DNA of 63,331 nt, filler included, from Thraustochytrium aureum (lineage: Eukaryota): NCBI GenBank assembly GCA_012862495.1. It is 8 parts of 5 records of this genome, joined end to end, with 100 filler letters (N's around TTAATTAATTAA, not from the genome) between each part and the next. Parts side by side here need not be neighbours in the genome. Positions count along the whole stretch, not along the records: positions 52,311 to 62,228 come from BLSG01000051.1; positions 62,329 to 63,331 come from BLSG01000056.1; 6 more parts are not named here. The stretch is one strand, 5' to 3'. The notes under the pieces were generated by a model that was given only the letters and a program-made list of their open reading frames with translations, had not been told where the DNA came from and did not search any database. The position numbers and the translations under genes are program-made. Shown piece by piece: positions 56,918 to 63,331 of this stretch (positions are counted from its first letter, which is position 1; each line of letters begins with the position of its first letter).

Positions 56918-59031
56918 GACCGAAACAAAGCGACCGCTTGGCGCGGCCGCAAGCCTGGGCAGAACCGCACGAGAAGCCGGCACAGCTCGAGCAGCGGCAC
57001 CCCCAAGTACCGTTCGTCGACGCAGCACGAGCGAAACGCGTCCCGCGCATCCGACGAACGCGTCAGCTTCCCCTTGTGAGGCATCCTCTCTCGCGCCTCG
57101 GCCAAGATCTGCTCGAGCGGCTCCGCGAGCGCCTCGGTCTCAGACAGCACGGCAGCTCTGCTCGCCTCGACGGCCTCCATGCGCGACACGTCCTCGCCTA
57201 CCGACGAGAGCACGTCGATGAGCATGCGCAGGTTGTCGCTCTCCCGGATCGCGGCTCGCGCGCAGACTAGAGCGCTCGAGGCCTCGTGCAACGCAGCAGT
57301 CTCCTCGCCTTTCGACTGCTTGCCCACCGCCCGGGCGAGGAGCGAGACTCGGCTTCCTTCCGCGAGAGAGTGCGCGAGGGTAGTCTCGCCCAGCACTGTT
57401 CGCGCAGCGTTCATGTCGTCCAAGACGCTGTTGCGCTGCGCCTCGAGCGACTCGGCGCGCGCCATCGAGCTGCCGATCTCGGCGAGGATGAAGCGCTTCT
57501 TTTCTTGGACGTGCGGCAGGTTTTTCCGCGCAACAAACACTTGGATGTGCGCTTCAAAATCGCGATACCGCATCAGCATGGATCGCTTCGCGGTGACCTT
57601 GATCTCGAGGTAGCCGCGTGTCGGCTCGAGGCGAACCTCATCGATCTTTACGTGCGACCGAACTGGTTTGTTGGGGCCTAGTTCGTACCGCTCGAACGGG
57701 ACGCCAGCGTCAAACTTGAGGACGCAGTGCGGGCGAGCCATCATGTCGAATGCGCTCGCCTTCACCTTCACGGTCTCTTGCCAGTAGAGGACCTCCTCGG
57801 TAGACTCGAGAGCGGCGAGCTCGCTTTCGCGCATAAAGTTGATGATGTCGCGTGTCTTGCGGCGCTCGGCGTCTATGCGCTCGAGCGCCGTCCGCTTGGC
57901 CTCTACGACTTCGTGCAGCAGCGACCTCGTCTGCTCTACAGTTTCGCTATCGGATCGCCTCGACCGACGCGCCAGCGTCTGCTCGAGTTCGCGAATCTGC
58001 CGCTCGGACGCGACGAGGCGCGCCACGCCCTCGCGAAGAGCGACTGCGGCTGTCCTTGCGGCCCTGATCTGGGCATTGAGCGCGTCCATGCGCCTGAACA
58101 GTACCGCGGACAAGTGCTTGATGACCCGCTGCACGGCGACGCTCCCGAACGAGGCTTTGGGCATGCTCTCCCACGCTGCGGCAAAGTCCAGCTCGGGAGG
58201 CTCAATCGAGCCACCCACCTTGGCTTGGCGAAACACAGCGAGAGGGTACTTGAGCATCAGTTGCAGCCCTGTCCTGACCGCTTCGAGCTCTTCCGAATCA
58301 GGCGCCTCCTCGAGCAGATGCGCGACGGTTTGCTTGATTTCTGCGCAAGACACTGTGGCTTTGGTCACCACAAAGCCCAAGTTGCATTCCTCCACGCCCG
58401 CCGAAGGAAGAAAGGCTCGCACGGTGTCCATGAGCTGCACCAGGCCGAGCCCGCGGTTTGCGAGAATGGTCTCTTGCTCCAAGACAACGAGCACGCCGCA
58501 GATCGTGGTGGCCTTGCAGATCAGGAATTGCGTAAAGAGGGCCGCCACCGCCTGCGTGTCGTCGCCGCGCGTGTCGGAAAACCCTGGCGTGTCTACGAGG
58601 TACGGGGATTCACTCTCGTTGGGCGTGTAGACCGTCGGGTACAGCGTCGCGGAGGCGAGGGCGCCGTGGCCAATGCTCGGCCCATCGGCAGCGGCGGCCT
58701 CGTCCTTGGCTGCTCCCTTGATGCAGATGGTGGTGTGCAACGGGTCTTGCTGCGCCGCCTCGACGCTCCTCCCAAGGAGCACATTGATCAGCGTCGACTT
58801 GCCTGCCCCGGTGAGCCCGATAAAGAGGACCATGGGGCGCGACCAGTCTTGGACGACCACGTGCGAGCACCCGCCGTCCAGCAGCTCTTTGAACCGTTCG
58901 TCCCTCGCAGCCTGCGTGGCCGGCACGAGGCCGTCGCAACAACCGTCCATCTCGCCCTGCTCGGTCGACTGCGCCGCCACTTGCGCTCCCGGGGCGGCGA
59001 CAAGTGGCGGACTCGGGGGCGCCCCGCTCAT
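56918..59031 (-). CDS. TRAFAC-class (AIG1/GIMAP-like) GTPase with coiled coil and inserted beta domain, paralog 1 (3' end in gap)
   Basis: G1 IGLTGAGKST, G2 SATLYP, G3 LVDTPGFSDTRG, G4 VVTKA. Colinear with paralog 2 (shared KFDAGVPFERY, FEAHIQV.VAR.NLP, LCR.LVR.CP.LRP.Q). Confidence 0.8.
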
Positions 59032-59592
59032 CTCCAGACTCTCTTGCACATGAAGCGCGGCCCCGCCCCGCCCAAGCTCGTGCGCCAGGCCGTCAGCCAA
59101 GCGTGGCCCGCAGGGTTCTCGCCGCGCAGGCCCGGGGCAAGCAAGCGCAGAGAGGGAGGAGGCGCCGGCGCTGGCGGCGGTCAACTCGACGCAACTCGAG
59201 CGACTCTGGACCTCGCAAAAAACAAGTTGGATGATCGAGGAGGGTCCAAAAAGTGCGACGACCTCAAGTAACGGGGCGTTGCGCCATTCGCGACGAGGAT
59301 CGAGCTCGCTGGAGCTCCAGGAGCGGAGCCGGACGAGCGCAAGCAAGTGGGGCAGTTCGAGGAGGAGGGACCGATTCGCTTCCTCGCGTCAGGGTGAGGC
59401 AGAAGNNNNNNNNNNNNNNNNNNNNNNNNNNNNNNNNNNNNNNNNNNNNNNNNNNNNNNNNNNNNNNNNNNNNNNNNNNNNNNNNNNNNNNNNNNNNNNN
59501 NNNNNNNNNNNNNNNNNNNNNNNNNNNNNNNNNNNNNNNNNNNNNNNNNNNNNNNNNNNNNNNNNNNNNNNNNNNNNNNNNNNNNNNNNNNN

Positions 59593-61699
59593 TGATCTCC
59601 GAGCTCGACCGGCCGGGCTGAAAGGCGCCCCAGAGCGCGGCAAACTCCCTTTCGTGGATCGTCTTGTCGCTCGCGTCGCGAAGCCGGTTGAACAGCTCCA
59701 CCACTTGCTTCGGCCTCAAGCTAGGGCACATCCGCACCAGCACGCGGCAGAGGTCCATGAGGGTCAGCCCTGGCGCCTCGGGCTTCTCCCGCGACACCTT
59801 GAAAGCAGTCGCTGCGTCCATCTCTGGCGAAAGCGCGCTGGGGTCTGCAATCTGGCCGCGCGCCTCGTCCAGGACCTCCTCGATCGGGCGGTAGAACTTT
59901 CGAGCCTTCATGAGCGCGTCGTCCCGAACCCGTTCGATCTCTGCAATCCGCTCCCTGCCTTCGCCCATTCGCTTGAGCACGTCCATGAAAAATGGGAGCT
60001 TGGGGTTGCTCTCAATGGCGTCGCGCGCGCTGTGGATCGTGTCCGCGAGCTGGCTAACTTTCCCGAGGTCCATGGTCTTGGCGCGCTTTTCGGCCACCTT
60101 GCTCTCCAGCAAGGCGCGGTTTTCCTCGGCGAACTCGTTGTTGCGCAACATGTCGAGCCGGTGCTTTTCGAGGTCTTTGATCTCGCGCGCGATGGCGGCC
60201 CGCTGCTCGACCAGCGACTGGCCGCGGCGCTCGTGCTCGGCGATCTCTGCCAGGACGAAGCGCCGCTTCTCTTGGTTGCGCGGCAGATTTTGGCGCGCAA
60301 CGTACACCTGAATGTGCGCCTCGAAACTGCGGAACTGACCCAGCATGTTCTTCTTCGAGTAGACGGTAAGCTCGAGAAACCCGCGATGCGGGTCCACCAA
60401 GACCTCCTCGACTTCGACGTTGGCGAGCTTGGGCTTGTCCTTGACGAACGCGTATCGCTCGAACGGCACGCCTGCGTCAAACTTGAAGCTGCACTGCGGC
60501 CGCTCGCCGCGCTTGAACTGGCTCGCCTTGACCTTGACGGCGTCGTTCCAGAAGATCTCGTGCTGGTTCGAGCTGAGGTTCGGGAGCTCCTGCTCGCGCA
60601 TAAACACGATGAGGTCGTCCGTCTCGACCTGGTCCTGGTCGACGCGGCGGAGCACGAGTTGCTTGCTCCGAATCACGTCTTCCAGCAGCGCGGAGGCCTG
60701 CTTGAGCGAGCGGCCGTTCGTCTGCTTGGCGCGCTCGAGACTCCGCTCGAGGTCGCGGACCTCGCGCTCCGTCGAGACGACCCGCTCGACGGCTTCCTGG
60801 AGGCCGATCGTGGCGCCTTTGATGAGGCGCACTTGTTCGTTCAGCACGTCGATCTGCCGGAACAGGATCGCCGAGAGATGCTTGACTACGCGTTCCACGG
60901 CTACCCTGCCCAAGACCGACTTGTCCATCGTCGTCCATTCTGCTACGAATTCGAGCACGGGCATCTCCACCGTGGCCGTCATGCTCGCCTTTGGGAAAAC
61001 GCTCACAGGCGAACGGAGCATGAGCTCCATGCCGGAAATCACAGACTCAAAGCCCTCGGTCCGCGGCGTCTGCGAGAGCATGTGCCGAATCGTCTCCTTC
61101 ACCTCGTCCGCAGAGATCGTTGCTTTGGTCACCACAAACCCGAGGTTGCAGGGATGGGTCTGCGAGTGGGGCAAGAACACTCCCACCGTGTCCATCAGGC
61201 TCGTGAAGCCCAAGCCCCTGTTCGCGGTGATGGTGTCCTCCGAGAGCACAACCAGGACGCCCCGGATGTCGGCTGCGCGGTCGATCAGGTATTGCGTGAA
61301 GAGGGCGGCTACAGCTTGGGTGTCGTTGCCCCGAGTGTCCGAGAACCCAGGTGTGTCGGCGAGGGACAGCTCGCCTTCTGAAGGGACGTAAACGGTGGGG
61401 TACAAAGTCTCGGACTTTAGCGTGTTGTGGCCGATGCCCGGCCCGCGCACCCGCGCAGGCATCCTGACGCTCAGGGACGTCTGGATTGGCGAGAGCTTGA
61501 CCGGTTCCATCTCGTTCCCCAGCAGCACGTTTAGCAGCGTTGACTTGCCTGCGCCGGTCAGCCCGATCACGAGGACCAGCGGTTTGTCCCATTCCTGGTG
61601 CTGCATCAGCTGGTACCCATCGTCCAGCATGCCTTCAAAGGCCGCGTCTCGCGCGGCCTGCCTGGCCCCCACGGCCGCGTCCTCTGTCGCCGCGCTCAT
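59593..61699 (-). CDS. TRAFAC-class (AIG1/GIMAP-like) GTPase with coiled coil, beta domain and EF-hand-like end, paralog 2 (3' end in gap)
   Basis: G1 IGLTGAGKST, G2 SETLYP, G3 LADTPGFSDTRG, G4 VVTKA. C-terminal VVELFNRLRDASDKTIHEREFAALW resembles a degenerate EF-hand. Confidence 0.8.
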
Positions 61700-62537
61700 C
61701 GTGCTGGCCTGCTGTTGCCACAGACGCTTTGCCGCGCGTCGCGGCGCCCTCGCAATCGCCCAGGACCGGGACCGGCAGCGGGCCCACCCTGCTTTTGAGG
61801 CGGCTTCTTTCCCTCTGCCCGCAGCCCGATTCGCAACGTCCGCGCCGCAGACGCGCCGGTCGCTTCGCCGGTCGCTTCGGACTCTGCCGGGCAAGAGCTG
61901 CGCCGGTTTGAGACCGACCTGCCGCCCTGGTGCTCGTCCTGTTCTCCTTCCGAAAGAAAAGCGCACATGCCGCCAGTGCTGCGCCAGTGCAACGCAACGC
62001 CATTTGCGCTGCAGCGTCGAGGCGCTCGCTGGCCGCTGGCCCGACGGCCGCTGGCGTGCGTGGCGCTGCGGGCACCGGTTTCAACATGGTCTGACCTGCT
62101 CTTTGCGGGACATCCGTCGCCTGCAGCGGGGCGCTCGGGCGTGGTTTCAACGTGTTCCGACGCGCGACAGACATCGTTGCCCTTCGCGGGCCAGCAGAAA
62201 CGAGCGCATTGCGTCCGAGTCGGCCGCANNNNNNNNNNNNNNNNNNNNNNNNNNNNNNNNNNNNNNNNNNNNTTAATTAATTAANNNNNNNNNNNNNNNN
62301 NNNNNNNNNNNNNNNNNNNNNNNNNNNNGTGCAATACAAAGTCCTAACCAAACCTAAACTATAGAGGGTAACCCTTGACCTAGGAAACGAAAGAACTAAC
62401 CATGAATTCGCGTAGAGTTCTTTTGCTCAACCGTGACGATCTGTTCTGTTACGATCACCACCAGGCCGTGGCAGACCGACAAACTAGCCAGAGCCTGCGG
62501 CGACGGCAGCCTACCGGTACGGGAGCAGACGGGAGCA

Positions 62538-63331
62538 ATGGAGGCGGCAGAGGCTTGCAGGTCGCAGGGCGGCGTCGAACTGGTGCTTGCGAGCTTGGCG
62601 GCGCTGGTGCAGGGCGCGCTGGTGTTCCAGGACGGTGACGAATGGACGGTCGTGTCCGTGGCAGCCGACGGAAAAGCGAGACTGAAGGTTGTGAACGGTA
62701 CGGTGGAATCCGCGACGAGCCTTGGCAGCTTGGTCCGCAGCCGGTTGGCGTGGCTCACGAAGAACGAGCCGAACACGTCCGACAAGGCCACCAACGACGC
62801 CTGCGTCGATTTCGCCGTCGGGCTGTACAAATCGGCGCAGGTAGCTAACGAACGGCTAGCGCAGCTTGAAGCGCTGTCGAAGCGCAACCGTGTTCTCCGG
62901 GAAAAGCTCGAGCGCCTTTCTGCACGCCTCGAACGCAGCAAAGCCGAGGAGGAGCAGTACGAACGCAAGAAGAAAGACCTGGTTGTGCGGCTTGAGCGAA
63001 ACGCCTCCAACTTTGCCAGGCTTGAAGAGGAGGAGAAGACGTTCAGGAAGAACAGCGTCGTGGAGTTTCTCATGGCGTCGTTCGGAAGCCATGCCAGAGT
63101 TGCCAAGACTCTAGACGACACAGGTATCAAAATCGATCGTACATCGCTCGCAAAGCGTGCGAGTGGAAAGACCTCCGGAGGACGGGGGCGGAAGCCCCTT
63201 CTCAGCGAGGACCAAGAACGCGTTCTCATTGCATACATGGTCAAATTGCTCGAGATTGGGGCAAGGATAGACAGCAGCGGTCTTGTTGAAGCTGCCATGG
63301 CGTTCGTGACGAGGGATAACCCAGAGTTGCA
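62538..63331 (+). mobile_element. Pogo/Tc5 (CENP-B-type HTH) transposase-like ORF, N-terminal part, running off the window (absent from the ORF track)
   Basis: My translation from ATG 62538 has no stop: MEAAEAC...coiled coil...GSHARVAKTLDDTGIKIDRTSLAKRASG (HTH), then GRKPLLSEDQERVLIAYMVKLLEIGARIDSSGLVEAAMAFV (CENP-B/Tc5 HTH pattern). The DDE domain is not visible. Confidence 0.65.

Noticed and set aside
55429..59346. 1305-aa ORF, and other long ORFs containing X runs
   Set aside because: They read through N gaps. This one fuses the GTPase with the antisense of the DOMON gene.
28931..61699. One giant immunity/toxin locus spanning the toxin pair, TIR cluster, ankyrin gene and GTPase pair
   Set aside because: Linkers at 38754-38853 and 52211-52310 separate these into three scaffolds with no evidence of physical linkage.
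6143..62284. Seven identical TTAATTAATTAA palindromes as a biological repeat
   Set aside because: Each is always flanked by exactly 44 N on both sides, so it is an assembly linker. Genes on either side are not neighbours.
1..63331. tRNA, rRNA or snRNA genes
   Set aside because: I found no convincing cloverleaf, T-loop context or rRNA-like sequence by eye. A covariance-model scan would be needed to exclude them.

Overview
Eukaryotic, GC-rich, intron-poor draft sequence, most consistent with a stramenopile protist such as a thraustochytrid/labyrinthulomycete. That assignment is inferred from GTGAGT/GTAAGT...CTRAC...CAG introns, PT(S/A)SPT stalks, and the TIR and PqiA families present. The window is not one locus: seven 100-bp artificial linkers (N44-TTAATTAATTAA-N44) join eight independent scaffolds (1-6098, 6199-14196, 14297-23865, 23966-28830, 28931-38753, 38854-52210, 52311-62228, 62329-63331). 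Each scaffold may also contain internal N gaps. Many genes are split by single-base indels, mostly in homopolymers, which are probably sequencing errors. Housekeeping genes: TPR/Mlp1 nucleoporin, probable MED27, MANF/ARMET and glucosamine-6-P deaminase (the last two with one intron each). The most notable content is immunity- or toxin-like. (1) Scaffold 38854-52210 carries a secreted papain, a TIR-NACHT NLR-like gene, an intron-bearing Z1-like SF2 helicase with Cys/His fingers, and a Toll-like-architecture receptor (beta-propeller-mucin stalk-TM-TIR). (2) A tandem pair of secreted proteins resembles jellyfish (CfTX/CrTX)/Cry-type alpha-pore-forming toxins. (3) A tandem pair of AIG1/GIMAP-like coiled-coil GTPases. 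Also present: a tail-anchored lidless Hsp70, a claudin-like + 2xPqiA membrane protein, an SGNH hydrolase, a DOMON surface protein, a pogo/Tc5 transposase start missed by the ORF track, and several small repeats. All family calls come from motif recognition by eye; no database search was run.
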